A DNA stretch of 54,492 nucleotides from an uncultured Methanoregula sp. (GTDB lineage: Archaea > Halobacteriota > Methanomicrobia > Methanomicrobiales > Methanospirillaceae), in contig CAZVFG010000001.1 in NCBI GenBank assembly GCA_964626125.1, positions 1 through 54,492 of the forward strand, written 5' to 3'. This document shows positions 16,499-26,372 of the stretch, one piece after another; the first letter of the stretch is position 1, and each line of letters opens with the position of its first letter. Made by a program: the position numbers and the translations under genes. Below the pieces are notes generated by a model that was given only the letters and a program-made list of their open reading frames with translations, ran no database searches and was not told the origin of the DNA.

Positions 16499-18316
16499 AT
16501 GGATCGGTATATCGCCCTGCCGCGTTACACCATTTCACACACCGATTTTGTCCGATTCTGCGTCATCTTCTCACTTTCCCTTTCCAGTATTTTTATCAGC
16601 TCGCTTGCCCTTGCCCGGAATATCCATACTATTACCCCTCAGCTTTTCTATTTCCCGATTATCTATGCAGCCTATTTTTACCGCTACCGCGGGATCTATG
16701 TCGCGGGCATCTGCGCAATTGCATACCAGGCAGTCAGCTATTACTATCTCTTCCCGGAAATTTTCAGCATGGGATATGCTACGGGACAGGCGGTGCTGTT
16801 CATCTGCATCGCCGCGGCAGTCTCCTACTTTACCGAACAGATAACAACCAGTGAAAAGCGGTACCGATGTATTTTCGAGAACTCACACCTCGGTATCGTC
16901 TTCTTTAACCAGGATACTCTATCAATCATCAACGCAAACGGACATCTGGCAAAGATGTTGGGATATTCACAGCATGACATTAAGAAAATGACCGTCCCCC
17001 AGCTCTTCGTTTCCCGGGATGAACTGAAACGGTTCCTGAAACAATTCGGATCTCATAACGAATCTGAAGGCATAGAGACCCGGTTTGTAACAAAGAAAGG
17101 TGATCCATTCTGGGTCAGTCTCTCGTGGGGGAATCCCTCAGGGAATCTCGCGAGCTTCTCTGTAATCGATATCAATCAGCAAAAAATCACTCTGCAGACC
17201 GCCACCACGTACTCCACCCATAACAGGCTGCTGATGGAGACTGCGCCTACCGGTATGGTGATTATACGGAACAGTCGGATTATCCGCACAAACCCCGTAT
17301 TCACCGCATTCTCAGGGTACAAGAGCGATGAACTGACCGGAACGGATCTTGTGACGGTTGTCCACCCCGATGACCGGAAGGAATTCAGGGATATTGTATC
17401 CAGATCGAAGGGGAAAACCCAGGTTTTAGGAAATCCGGAGTTCCGGTTTATCACAAAATCGGGTGGGATCAAAAGGGCGACACTTTTTTTTAATCCGATT
17501 ATGGAGGGCGGGATACCCTCAGTACTGATCACTTTTGTGGACATTTCCGAGCGTGAGAGCCTCAAAGAGCAGATCCGACTGAGCAACGAACGGCGCCGCG
17601 GTGTTATCACTAATGTTGCCCATGAGCTGCGCACGCCCCTCCAGCCGATCATCGGGTACCTGGATATGCTTATTCAGGATCCGGAAGAATTCGGCATTTC
17701 CAAAGAGACGAGAAAGATCCTTGGACGGTGCCTCCAGAGTGCGGACCGCGAGCGACGGATTATCAACAAGATGATTGACTTCTCAGTGATCGATTCCGGA
17801 AAGCTCCCGATGGATTATTCAGTCTTTTCTGTGCCGGAACTTTTAAAAAATATCATCAATGCCAGCGGGTACTCGATGAAGGCAGATATTTTCTGTGACA
17901 TTCCCCAGGATCTCACGTTTACCGGTGATGCGCACAAGATCTCGATTGTTGCCGACTCGATACTCTCTAATGCCGTTAACTATTCCACGCCACCAAGGAA
18001 GGTAAGGATTATATATAACTCCTCTGCTGAAGACACCTACCACCGGCTTGCCATCGGGGATAACGGTATCGGTATCACGGAAGCCCAGCTCGAGGAGATC
18101 TTTGAGCCATTCCAGCTCGCTGATTCAGGCCAGTTAAGCCGTAAGTATGAACGGATCGGGCTTTCGCTCTCGATTGCAAAGAAATATATCCAGATGCATG
18201 GCGGTTACATCAGTGTGGACAGTGTCGTCAACCAGGGGAGCACATTTACCCTCCATATCCCAAAGGTACCTCACGAGGAAGTAGTAACCCCTCAATCCTT
18301 TGAGTTGTGGTTGTGA
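16499..18316 (+). CDS. membrane-bound sensor histidine kinase (4 TM, 2 PAS, HisKA, HATPase_c)
   Basis: Hydrophobic N-terminus, PAS blocks, an H-box (VAHELRTPLQPI), and an N/G-box region (GDNGIGI, GLSLSIAKKYIQMHGG). Confidence 0.85.
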   Translation: MDRYIALPRYTISHTDFVRFCVIFSLSLSSIFISSLALARNIHTITPQLFYFPIIYAAYFYRYRGIYVAGICAIAYQAVSYYYLFPEIFSMGYATGQAVLFICIAAAVSYFTEQITTSEKRYRCIFENSHLGIVFFNQDTLSIINANGHLAKMLGYSQHDIKKMTVPQLFVSRDELKRFLKQFGSHNESEGIETRFVTKKGDPFWVSLSWGNPSGNLASFSVIDINQQKITLQTATTYSTHNRLLMETAPTGMVIIRNSRIIRTNPVFTAFSGYKSDELTGTDLVTVVHPDDRKEFRDIVSRSKGKTQVLGNPEFRFITKSGGIKRATLFFNPIMEGGIPSVLITFVDISERESLKEQIRLSNERRRGVITNVAHELRTPLQPIIGYLDMLIQDPEEFGISKETRKILGRCLQSADRERRIINKMIDFSVIDSGKLPMDYSVFSVPELLKNIINASGYSMKADIFCDIPQDLTFTGDAHKISIVADSILSNAVNYSTPPRKVRIIYNSSAEDTYHRLAIGDNGIGITEAQLEEIFEPFQLADSGQLSRKYERIGLSLSIAKKYIQMHGGYISVDSVVNQGSTFTLHIPKVPHEEVVTPQSFELWL

Positions 18317-18713
18317 GATCCAAGCAACCAACTCCGTAAAGGAGAGAGAAAAGAGGTTTTACAGATATAACCCGATGGCAGAGGAGCAGGTAGCAAAAAT
18401 CAGGGACGAAAAGCCCTGCTCTCCAGAGACCGGTCTGGATCACGGAGCGGAAAGCCTCACTCAGGAAATATATTGGACGTTAGTAAAAAAGATCTCTACA
18501 CCCACCTTATCACAATTCCACAACCGCAAGAAAAATGGATCGTTCCGCATTCCTATGCATCTTTTTGTGCACGCTTAGGGATTTACCCCTTTCCTGAAAA
18601 TATATACTTAATAAAACAAAACGCGCAGAACCGTTGATACTATCTGAGATAAAAATACATCGTGACAGGAGCAGGGAACGTTATATTATAGAGTTCTGAC
18701 AGGCTTTCTTTCT

Positions 18714-19136
18714 TTATAGAGGGAACCGGCTCTTTTTGTCCATCTTCTTCAGGGCTCGGCACTTGTTAAAATAGGTCTCACCCCAAATCCATGGCTGGTA
18801 GGTGCAGCACATCTCCGGTTTGATGTCATGGATCCCGCAAATGTATTTTCTTCTTCCAAGACGGCGCAGGAACGGGCAGACAGGAAGATAATCATGGGTG
18901 ACCGGGTTTCGCATCTCCACGACAATGAGATCGCTGAGCTCTTCGGGTTTCAGTTCAGTACAGTTTACCCAAGTGCCATCGCTTTTACAGGCAGAAAAGT
19001 ACTGCAGGATATCCTGCCTTTCCTGCTCGATCCAGCAGAACAGGTTCTGAGCTGTAGGTGTAACATTATCACCGAAGATCTTGCAGCAGAGCCCGCACTG
19101 CTCACACAGCTCATCTTCGATCTCTTCCTTGGTCAT
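18714..19136 (-). CDS. YkgJ-family (UPF0153) cysteine-cluster protein
   Basis: CEQCGLCC near the N-terminus, plus CPFL and later Cys residues. ATG 19136 is preferred over TTG 19148. Confidence 0.7.
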   Translation of the reverse strand: MTKEEIEDELCEQCGLCCKIFGDNVTPTAQNLFCWIEQERQDILQYFSACKSDGTWVNCTELKPEELSDLIVVEMRNPVTHDYLPVCPFLRRLGRRKYICGIHDIKPEMCCTYQPWIWGETYFNKCRALKKMDKKSRFPL

Positions 19137-19313
19137 GGATACATTCAATATTTTCTGCCCTGCCCGATAAGTGTTGGCGCTTTGAGGAGAAAGTTACCTG
19201 CAGGATCTGATAACATTCCAGATCTTATGAATAGTATCACTCAGTTCGATGTAAAAAACGGACCGCACCACACATTCTCTCTATCCCTGCAGCATACACG
19301 AACCGAACCCGGG

Positions 19314-19943
19314 CTATTTCCAGAGGGTTGTAAGATAATACCCCCCAAAAAACACAAGAAAGATCCCGCAGGCGGCAAGTGTCCACCGGTATTCCCGTTC
19401 TCTGAGGAAAAATCTGCCCTGGTGGATACTCACCGATACAAGAGTAAACCATCCCAGATCCGCGGTCCAGTGGCCGAGAATGAACGCAAGAGCAGTACCG
19501 AGTCCGCCAGCATATGCACTGATCATGAGAGCACTTCCAACAGTAAACCACCAGAGCCAGAAGTAGGGATTGGAAATGCTGGTGACCACACCGGCAACAA
19601 ATGGCCGCGCAGTGGTTCTCTCATTAATTGAGGTTCCCTTTGCCAGGATGGTCTGTGCATGCCGGCTCTCAAGGATGGTGAGCATGCCAAAGACCATAAG
19701 TGCCATTCCCCCAATGCCTGCGATAAGCCAGGAATAACCGCCAATAACTACGGAAAGACCAGCGAGAATCAGAATCACCATCAGGATCTCAACGGCGATA
19801 TGCCCGAGTGTCAGTCGGGGACCCATCGTCCATCCGCCTTTTATCGATGCGTCAATGGTCGCAATCAGGGTTGGCCCGGGTGCAAGGGCGCCGGTGAGCC
19901 CGATAAGGAAGCCGAGTAAAAGCATCTGGATAATTTCGTTCAT
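19314..19943 (-). CDS. LysE/RhtB-family amino-acid exporter
   Basis: Six-TM pattern, with LIGLTGALAPGPTLIATI at the N-terminus and SNPYFWLWW. Confidence 0.75.
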   Translation of the reverse strand: MNEIIQMLLLGFLIGLTGALAPGPTLIATIDASIKGGWTMGPRLTLGHIAVEILMVILILAGLSVVIGGYSWLIAGIGGMALMVFGMLTILESRHAQTILAKGTSINERTTARPFVAGVVTSISNPYFWLWWFTVGSALMISAYAGGLGTALAFILGHWTADLGWFTLVSVSIHQGRFFLREREYRWTLAACGIFLVFFGGYYLTTLWK

Positions 19944-20170
19944 GGAACCCACCCCGAAGCCACCAGCAAAAACACAAAAATCTCGCTGTGACCTTGGAGA
20001 GTGATTTGATACAACCGGTATTGACTCAAAACATTAAAAAATGATAGAATGCATCAATTCTGATTTAACCAAAACCCGGTCCTCTGTACATTTTGGATTT
20101 TGATTTCTCGACGGCATCCCGCATAATTTAATAATCTTTCCTGCCAACGTATACCATGTCATAAATTAGC

Positions 20171-20911
20171 ATGGTGATCCCCATACTCGCCGTACATAGT
20201 GTAACCAAACAGATCGGAGGACTTTTGGCGGTCAATGGTGTCAGTCTGAATGTCGGGAAGGATGAAATCGTCGGTCTGGTTGGTCCAAATGGCGCAGGTA
20301 AAACAACACTTCTTAATGTTATTTCGGGGATCACTTCACCAACCGCGGGAAAAGTCGTCTTCTGCGACGAGGATATCACCGGGCTGAAACCCAACACGAT
20401 CTGTAAAAAGGGTATTGCCAAAACTTTCCAGATTGCAGAATCGTTCCCGAACCTTACCGCAAAAGAATGTGTTATGGTAGGGGCGCTCTTTGGCAACAGA
20501 CATGCGGTCAGCATGAAGGAAGCGCAACAGCAGGCGGAAAAGATTCTGGATTACGTGGGACTGCCAAAAGAAAAAAATGATACACTCACCAAGAACCTGA
20601 ATGTCGTTGAACTCAAACGGGTGCAGCTGGCACGGGCACTTGCGTCAAATCCAAAACTTCTTCTTCTCGATGAACTGACAACGGGTCTCAACCCGAAAGA
20701 GAGCGGTGAAGCGGTGAGCCTGATCAAAAAGATCAGGGATGAAGGCACCTCAATTCTGATCATCGAACATGTCATGAGCGTGATCATGGGGGTATCAGAT
20801 CGGATTGTGGTGCTGGACCATGGGGAGAAAATCGCTGAGGGCAGGCCGTATGAGGTTGTGAACAACCAGCAGGTGATCGATACCTACCTGGGCGACCTCG
20901 ATGTATTTTGA
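20171..20911 (+). CDS. livG: branched-chain amino acid ABC transporter ATP-binding protein
   Basis: Walker A GPNGAGKTT, signature region, and LLLDELTTGLNP. Confidence 0.9.
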   Translation: MVIPILAVHSVTKQIGGLLAVNGVSLNVGKDEIVGLVGPNGAGKTTLLNVISGITSPTAGKVVFCDEDITGLKPNTICKKGIAKTFQIAESFPNLTAKECVMVGALFGNRHAVSMKEAQQQAEKILDYVGLPKEKNDTLTKNLNVVELKRVQLARALASNPKLLLLDELTTGLNPKESGEAVSLIKKIRDEGTSILIIEHVMSVIMGVSDRIVVLDHGEKIAEGRPYEVVNNQQVIDTYLGDLDVF

Positions 20912-20923
20912 GGTGGTGAATCC

Positions 20924-21619
20924 TTGCTCGACATTTCCGGTCTCAATATCTTTCACGGCAATATCCATGTCGTCCGGGATCTTAAATTGACAGTCGATGA
21001 AGGAGAGATGGTGACGCTGATAGGCCCGAATGGAGCTGGGAAGACCTCGACAGTGGAAACGATTATCGGACTCAACAGGAAAGCAACAGGCTCCATTACA
21101 TTTCTGGGTGAAAATATTCTCGGGTTGCAACCGTATGATATTTTCAAAAAAGGACTTGCACTCGTCCCTGAAAAAAGGGAGATTTTTCCGAAAATGCCTG
21201 TGATTGAAAACCTGATACTCGGCGCGAGCGGTTGTGCCACTTGGAAAGACAGTCTCAATCATGTGTACAATCTTTTCCCGGTTCTCCAAGAAAGAGAACA
21301 GCAGATGGCAGGTACCTTGTCCGGCGGCGAGCAGCAGATGCTCGCGATTGGTCGCGCGCTGATGTCCGAACCGAAACTGCTGATCCTCGATGAACCTTCC
21401 ACCGGGCTCTCGCCTATCCTTGTTGCCCAGGTATTCAAGTCGCTGGAACGGCTCGGCAAGGAGGGAATAACCATCCTCCTCCTGGAACAAAACGTCAGGC
21501 ATGCACTCGATATGTGCCAGAGGGGGTACGTCCTCGAAAACGGAAGGATTGTACTCGAAGGAAAATCCAAGAACCTTATGCGCGAGAAGCATATCCAGAA
21601 GGCATATCTTGGGATCTGA
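20924..21619 (+). CDS. livF: branched-chain amino acid ABC transporter ATP-binding protein (TTG start)
   Basis: GPNGAGKTS, LSGGEQQMLAIGRAL, LILDEPSTGLSP. Confidence 0.9.
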   Translation: MLDISGLNIFHGNIHVVRDLKLTVDEGEMVTLIGPNGAGKTSTVETIIGLNRKATGSITFLGENILGLQPYDIFKKGLALVPEKREIFPKMPVIENLILGASGCATWKDSLNHVYNLFPVLQEREQQMAGTLSGGEQQMLAIGRALMSEPKLLILDEPSTGLSPILVAQVFKSLERLGKEGITILLLEQNVRHALDMCQRGYVLENGRIVLEGKSKNLMREKHIQKAYLGI

Positions 21620-21696
21620 GGGGATATCCGAAATTGCCACTGCAATAGTACCTTTTCCTGATTACCCGGATCGTCTCAAAATCCAATAAAATATCA

Positions 21697-22707
21697 TTAT
21701 TCCTTTACAACACCCGTACCTGCCTTCATTCGTTTTTCCCTGCGGGCGTTCCACCGCTTCTGGATCTCACTTGGGAGACCTACAAGACCTTTTGGCAGGA
21801 AGATGATGACAAGGATCAAAAGAACGCCGACAATGATATAACGGCCAAAAGTAAGGCCAAACAGTTTGAGCCCGTCCCAGATGATCGTGAGTACGATCGT
21901 CCCGACAATCGGCCCGGCAAGGGTACCAAGACCGCCAAAGATCACGTAGGTCACCGGCCAGAACGACATGTCGACACCGAAGATCTCGGGCGTGATATAA
22001 CCGATATGATGGATTTCAAGCGCCCCGGCAACACCGGCAAGATAGGAACTGAGGGCAAACGCCAGCAGCCGGTATTTTACCGGATCAACCCCTGCTGCCC
22101 GCGCCTCGAGTTCGTTCTCCCGGATCGCTGAGAATGCAAGTCCGATCCGGGACTTCATGATATAACCGATGAACAGAATGCAGGCAATGGTGATGACAAG
22201 GATCGAATAGTATTCGATCAGCTGATAGCCGGGAATATCAGGGCTCAAAAGACGGGGTGATGCAATACCGTCCCAGCCGCCAGTGATCGGGGTGAGGAAA
22301 CTGACCGTGATTGTCTGGACAATGATCGCAAAACCGAATGTGACCATGGCAAGGAACCATTCCTTGAGCCGCACACAGGTCAGCCCGATGAGAATGCCAA
22401 TGAATGCTGCCACCGCAGCACCCAGAAAGATGGTAATGTATGGTGAAATGCCACTTTTCGTGGCAATCAGGGTCGACGCATATGCACCGATACCGAAGAA
22501 TGCCGCATGCCCGAGTGAACCCTGCCCGGAATAGGCAAGCAGGTTCCAAGCGGAGGCAAAAATGATGAAGATCAGCATGAGGGTGAGGACGTTGAGGATG
22601 TAAAGATTCCCTGAAAGGAATGGTGCGACGACGGCAATGCCTATCACGGCGAGGGTTCCGTAACGAACCAGTTCACCGCGTTTCAGGTGCAGATCCAATT
22701 CGCTCAC
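21697..22707 (-). CDS. livM: branched-chain amino acid ABC transporter permease
   Basis: Multi-TM protein containing GQGSLGHAAFFGIGAY. It overlaps livH by 4 nt. Confidence 0.9.
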   Translation of the reverse strand: MSELDLHLKRGELVRYGTLAVIGIAVVAPFLSGNLYILNVLTLMLIFIIFASAWNLLAYSGQGSLGHAAFFGIGAYASTLIATKSGISPYITIFLGAAVAAFIGILIGLTCVRLKEWFLAMVTFGFAIIVQTITVSFLTPITGGWDGIASPRLLSPDIPGYQLIEYYSILVITIACILFIGYIMKSRIGLAFSAIRENELEARAAGVDPVKYRLLAFALSSYLAGVAGALEIHHIGYITPEIFGVDMSFWPVTYVIFGGLGTLAGPIVGTIVLTIIWDGLKLFGLTFGRYIIVGVLLILVIIFLPKGLVGLPSEIQKRWNARREKRMKAGTGVVKE

Positions 22708-23582
22708 TCTCCGGATTCACCAAATAGTCCGGTAGGTCGTATGACAAGCACGATGATCAGGATGATGAACGAGACCGCATCTTTCCAGATTCCGCCAAAG
22801 TAGTATGCCGCCCCGTTCTCGGCAATACCATAGAGCAGCCCGCCGACAATCGCGCCAGGAATACTCCCCAGCCCGCCAAGAATGATAATGGCAAATGCCT
22901 TGATCGCGGGGATCGATCCCATGTACGGGTTGAAAACCTGCCCGCTCACCACCCAGAGGGTTCCTGCAGCCGCTGCAAGAGCGCACCCGATCCCAAAGCT
23001 GAGGATATCCATCCGCTCGACATTGATCCCGACAAGCATCGCCCCTTTCCGGTTCTGGCTGGTCGCCCGCATTTCCCTCCCAATTCTTGTCTTTTTCAAA
23101 AACAGGTACAGGGCGCACAGTATGGCAGCAGTGACAACCATGATGATGATATAATCAAAGGGAACGTTGAGTGATCCAACCGGGATGGAAATGCCGGCAT
23201 AGGGGCTCCTGATGCTCTGCCACTCATCGCCCCAGATAATGGCGGCACTGTTTGTAAAAATGTAGATAAGTCCGATGGAGAGGAATATCTCATTGAGTTT
23301 GCTTGTCCCCAGTATCGGGCGGAAACATAACCGTTCCACCAGCGCACCGATGGCGATCAGCACGAGCATGGACAATAGAATTATCGCATAGGGATTAATG
23401 CCCGTCAGGAAAAAAACGGTTGCAGTAATATATGCACCAACCATGAGAAATTCGCCGTGCGCAAAGTTCACTACTTTCATAACGCCGAAAATGATGTTGA
23501 GCCCCGTGGCAAGTAGGATGTAGATACAGCCGGCATACAGGCCCCAGAACAATACCTGCAATAATATTTCGAGCTCTGCCAT
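22704..23582 (-). CDS. livH: branched-chain amino acid ABC transporter permease
   Basis: Multi-TM protein containing VVNFAHGEFLMVGAY. Confidence 0.9.
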   Translation of the reverse strand: MAELEILLQVLFWGLYAGCIYILLATGLNIIFGVMKVVNFAHGEFLMVGAYITATVFFLTGINPYAIILLSMLVLIAIGALVERLCFRPILGTSKLNEIFLSIGLIYIFTNSAAIIWGDEWQSIRSPYAGISIPVGSLNVPFDYIIIMVVTAAILCALYLFLKKTRIGREMRATSQNRKGAMLVGINVERMDILSFGIGCALAAAAGTLWVVSGQVFNPYMGSIPAIKAFAIIILGGLGSIPGAIVGGLLYGIAENGAAYYFGGIWKDAVSFIILIIVLVIRPTGLFGESGE

Positions 23583-23639
23583 GAAAGTTGTCTTCCGGAA
23601 TAAATTGTATCCGCAAAGAAAAAGAAATGATTGGTTTTG

Positions 23640-24953
23640 TTATGCACTGCCCGGTTTATACCAGTCAGGCAGCACGAAATCTGTGCCTTTGAGGTTATCA
23701 GGCCAGACAATCTTCGGTCTGGTTTCACCAATGGTTGAGTTATAATACAGCTGCTCCATCCAGTGATCGAACTGCGATTCCCTGAAGTCTTTACTGAATG
23801 AGATAGTCCCGTCTTTCATGTATTCTATGAGCTGAGGCATCCTGAGGTCCACAAGTGCCTGCCGTATGTCTGCCTTGTTCAGCGTCCCGGCATTTTCAAT
23901 CGCTTTTGCTGCGATGTAGGTGCCCTCATAGGTAGAGGCACCCATCATGTCCGGATACATTCCCCATTTAGTAAAGTAATTGTTCTTGAATGCATTCTGG
24001 GCATCAGTAACCGACCCCGTCGGAGCTATATACGGTGAGAACCGGCTCTCGATAATCGAATACTCACCGTACTGCCCCATCCCCTTATAATATTCGGGAG
24101 CATCGTTGTTCTCGACAGCAAGGAATATCGTGTTGAGCCCCACGTCCCTCCGTGCCTGTGGCACAATCTGGGCGCCCTCGTTGGGGGCTGCTGCGACATA
24201 GAGAGCATCGGGGTTTGCCGCTTTGATAACGGTCAGCTGTGTTCTGAAATCACTCTCGCTCATTTTGAACTTCTCCTGGGAAACGAGCTTGATGTTCAGA
24301 TTGTTCTTCGTGATCGTTTCATTGACCGCAACCTGCACTCCCTGGCCGAACCCAGTATCCTGATAGAGCAGCGCGAGCCGGAACGGGCGGTCAGCTGGGA
24401 AACTGAACTTCTTGTTGACTGCCGGCCGGATTACCTGGTCAATGAAGTTCGTGGTATATTTCCCGTAGGCATCGGTTGTCGGGCAGTGGTGGAAGACCGT
24501 GCTGGTATCAATATCCGTACGGTGGGTGATGATCGGACTCGATGCACCCGTCACGATATACGGGACTTTGTATTCTGCAACAGTCTGCTGGTAGGCAGAA
24601 GTGATCGCGCTGGAATACCCCCCGACAAGGATATCCACTTTATCTTCGGTAATCAGCTTGGTAGCCGCTTTCTGGCCACCATCCCGCGTGGACTCATCGT
24701 CACCCTGGACGAGCGCGATGGGGATCTTTGCGTTGTACTGTTTGACAAAAATACCCCCTTTTGCGTTGATCTCGTCAGCTGCCAGAACAGCTGACTGCCA
24801 CATGCTCTTTCCAATGTTGCTGTTGGGACCGGTCATTGATACAATTGCACCGATCTTGACCTCTTTGGGCTGTGCTGGTGCCTGCTGGGTACACCCGGCA
24901 ATAAATGCGGTCGCTATGAGCAGTACCGCAATAAACAGAACTGAATATTTCAT
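23640..24953 (-). CDS. ABC transporter substrate-binding lipoprotein (Leu/Ile/Val-binding PBP1 family)
   Basis: Lipobox MKYSVLFIAVLLIATAFIAGC followed by a periplasmic-binding-protein type 1 pattern (KIGAIVSMTGP). Confidence 0.85.
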   Translation of the reverse strand: MKYSVLFIAVLLIATAFIAGCTQQAPAQPKEVKIGAIVSMTGPNSNIGKSMWQSAVLAADEINAKGGIFVKQYNAKIPIALVQGDDESTRDGGQKAATKLITEDKVDILVGGYSSAITSAYQQTVAEYKVPYIVTGASSPIITHRTDIDTSTVFHHCPTTDAYGKYTTNFIDQVIRPAVNKKFSFPADRPFRLALLYQDTGFGQGVQVAVNETITKNNLNIKLVSQEKFKMSESDFRTQLTVIKAANPDALYVAAAPNEGAQIVPQARRDVGLNTIFLAVENNDAPEYYKGMGQYGEYSIIESRFSPYIAPTGSVTDAQNAFKNNYFTKWGMYPDMMGASTYEGTYIAAKAIENAGTLNKADIRQALVDLRMPQLIEYMKDGTISFSKDFRESQFDHWMEQLYYNSTIGETRPKIVWPDNLKGTDFVLPDWYKPGSA

Positions 24954-24970
24954 GATCTCTCCTCTATGCT

Positions 24971-24982
24971 ATGCTATAGCAT
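24971..24982. promoter_or_regulatory. perfect 12-nt palindrome ATGCTATAGCAT in the 5' leader of the liv binding-protein gene
   Basis: Read directly from the sequence. It lies immediately upstream of the GGAGAG Shine-Dalgarno sequence and ATG (24953) on the minus strand. Confidence 0.4.
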
Positions 24983-25013
24983 GGCATTAATGAGTCGGTG
25001 TTTAACCATAAAA

Positions 25014-25029
25014 AATATATCGATATATT
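25014..25029. promoter_or_regulatory. perfect 16-nt palindrome AATATATCGATATATT (TATA-like on both strands) upstream of the liv operon
   Basis: Read directly from the sequence. It lies about 60-75 nt upstream of the livK-like ATG and 60 nt from the tRNA-Phe 3' end. Confidence 0.4.
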
Positions 25030-25089
25030 CGTGCCATTACACTGCAGAGGGGCAATCTGATGAGAGAACAAAAAACAAGCAAAAACCGA

Positions 25090-25163
25090 TGCCTCAGCCC
25101 GGATTTGAACCGGGGACAACCAGATCTTCAGTCTGGCGCTCTCCCAGTCTGAGCTACTGAGGC
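25090..25163 (-). tRNA. tRNA-Phe (GAA)
   Basis: Hand-folded cloverleaf: GCCTCAG TA GCTC AGACTGGGA GAGC G CCAGA CTGAAGA TCTGG TTGTC CCCGG TTCAAAT CCGGG CTGAGGC A. No encoded CCA. Confidence 0.95.
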
Positions 25164-25271
25164 AGGGATACAATTGTTGTTTTTGTTGACTAATAAATGA
25201 TATGTTCTCGTTCGGTGATGCATGTGACCGTTCCTTTTTATCTGCTGCAATGACAGTAGTACCACATACTG

Positions 25272-26240
25272 ATGCCGCTCTCCTTGAAATCCCCTAACAG
25301 TGATGAGACAAGCCTTGCTGGTGCAGTCGGTTCACGAACCGTCCATGTTGTCCACCTCACGCACAATGATCTTGACGCTGTCGGGGCGGACGCGATCCAC
25401 CGGATGAAGTTTGGCGAGGGGGTGTTCACCATTTGGAGCTCGGTAGGCAGGTTCCCCGCGATCTTTTTTGCAATCGCATCCTGCAAGGGGAATGGTGACC
25501 TGCTCTCGATCTCAGACCTGGGATACCAACGGGAGATCGAACACATCGCGAACCATGCACATGAGAATGGGTGGCGTATTGAGTGGCGGGACCATCACCG
25601 CTGGCGGGACGATGAGGTCGGACACGTGGAAAAAGAGGTCTCGGTGCTGCGGATCGACACTTCTGTCTGTGCCACGGCGATCGTGGCAACCGACCTGATG
25701 CCGGATAATCCGGTTGCCGCTGAGGTCGCACGGATCGTATGTGATTACGATCTGTGGAAACACCACGATCCCCGTTCTGCGGTGCTCGGGCAGGTGCTCC
25801 AGCGAAAGAAGAACCGGGAGCATGTGCGGGACTGCCTTGTTAAAGGTATCTATTCTGATGAATTGATCACAAGAGAGAATGCCGATATCAAATCCGAGAT
25901 GGAATCGATGATGAGAAAAAGCCTCCGGCACACGACCGTTACCGGCACAAAATACCGGGTCGCGTTCGCTCCCCTTTACGGATACCCGAGCGAGACGGCG
26001 CATTTCATCCGCGATAAGAGAAAGACCGATATCGAAGTGATTATCGGAAAGGATGGCCGGTTCTCGTTGCGGTCTGTTCCCCCGATCAGCCACCTGATCG
26101 CACGTGAATTTTCCGGTGGCGGGCACCCGAACGCAGCGGGAGGTTCGTTCAATTTTACGGTACTCGAACGGTTTACCTTCTGGCTTTTTAAGAAGAGCCG
26201 TCATTTCGAACAGTTTGTCACCGTCGCCGAATCCCATTGA
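25272..26240 (+). CDS. DHH/DHHA1-family phosphoesterase
   Basis: HLTHNDLDAVG (DHH motif I/II region), RDHH, and GGGHPNAAGG (DHHA1). Confidence 0.8.
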   Translation: MPLSLKSPNSDETSLAGAVGSRTVHVVHLTHNDLDAVGADAIHRMKFGEGVFTIWSSVGRFPAIFFAIASCKGNGDLLSISDLGYQREIEHIANHAHENGWRIEWRDHHRWRDDEVGHVEKEVSVLRIDTSVCATAIVATDLMPDNPVAAEVARIVCDYDLWKHHDPRSAVLGQVLQRKKNREHVRDCLVKGIYSDELITRENADIKSEMESMMRKSLRHTTVTGTKYRVAFAPLYGYPSETAHFIRDKRKTDIEVIIGKDGRFSLRSVPPISHLIAREFSGGGHPNAAGGSFNFTVLERFTFWLFKKSRHFEQFVTVAESH

Positions 26241-26372
26241 TCGCGGTTTGGCAAGACCAAGCAGGATTTATACCAATCACAACCCGATTAGTGCTGTTGA
26301 ATTCGTGGTAGCATGAAAACAGTTCCGGTATATAAGATAAGAGTGAAATTCACGAGAATATCCGGAAATACG

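Noticed and set aside
18375-18578. 67-aa ORF (MAEEQVAKIRDEK...) in the 397-bp convergent spacer after the histidine kinase
   Set aside because: It has no recognisable motif, no convincing Shine-Dalgarno sequence at proper spacing, and an unremarkable composition. The evidence is not enough to call a gene.
20795-21640. Long antisense ORFs inside well-supported genes (for example 20795-21640, 25512-26237, 28359-29120, 44219-44752, 45449-46138, 53008-53856)
   Set aside because: These are shadow ORFs on the opposite strand of genes with clear family motifs (livF, DHH, metG, recJ-like, trmI, hdrA-like). Their translations are Arg/Pro/Gly-rich and motif-free.
25090-25163. tRNA-Phe as the attachment site of an integrated element
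   Set aside because: I searched the window by eye for a second copy of the tRNA 3' half (CCCGGATTTGAACC and its reverse complement). I found only the unrelated T-arm of tRNA-Tyr and a 9-nt partial match at 12641. No integrase gene is present.
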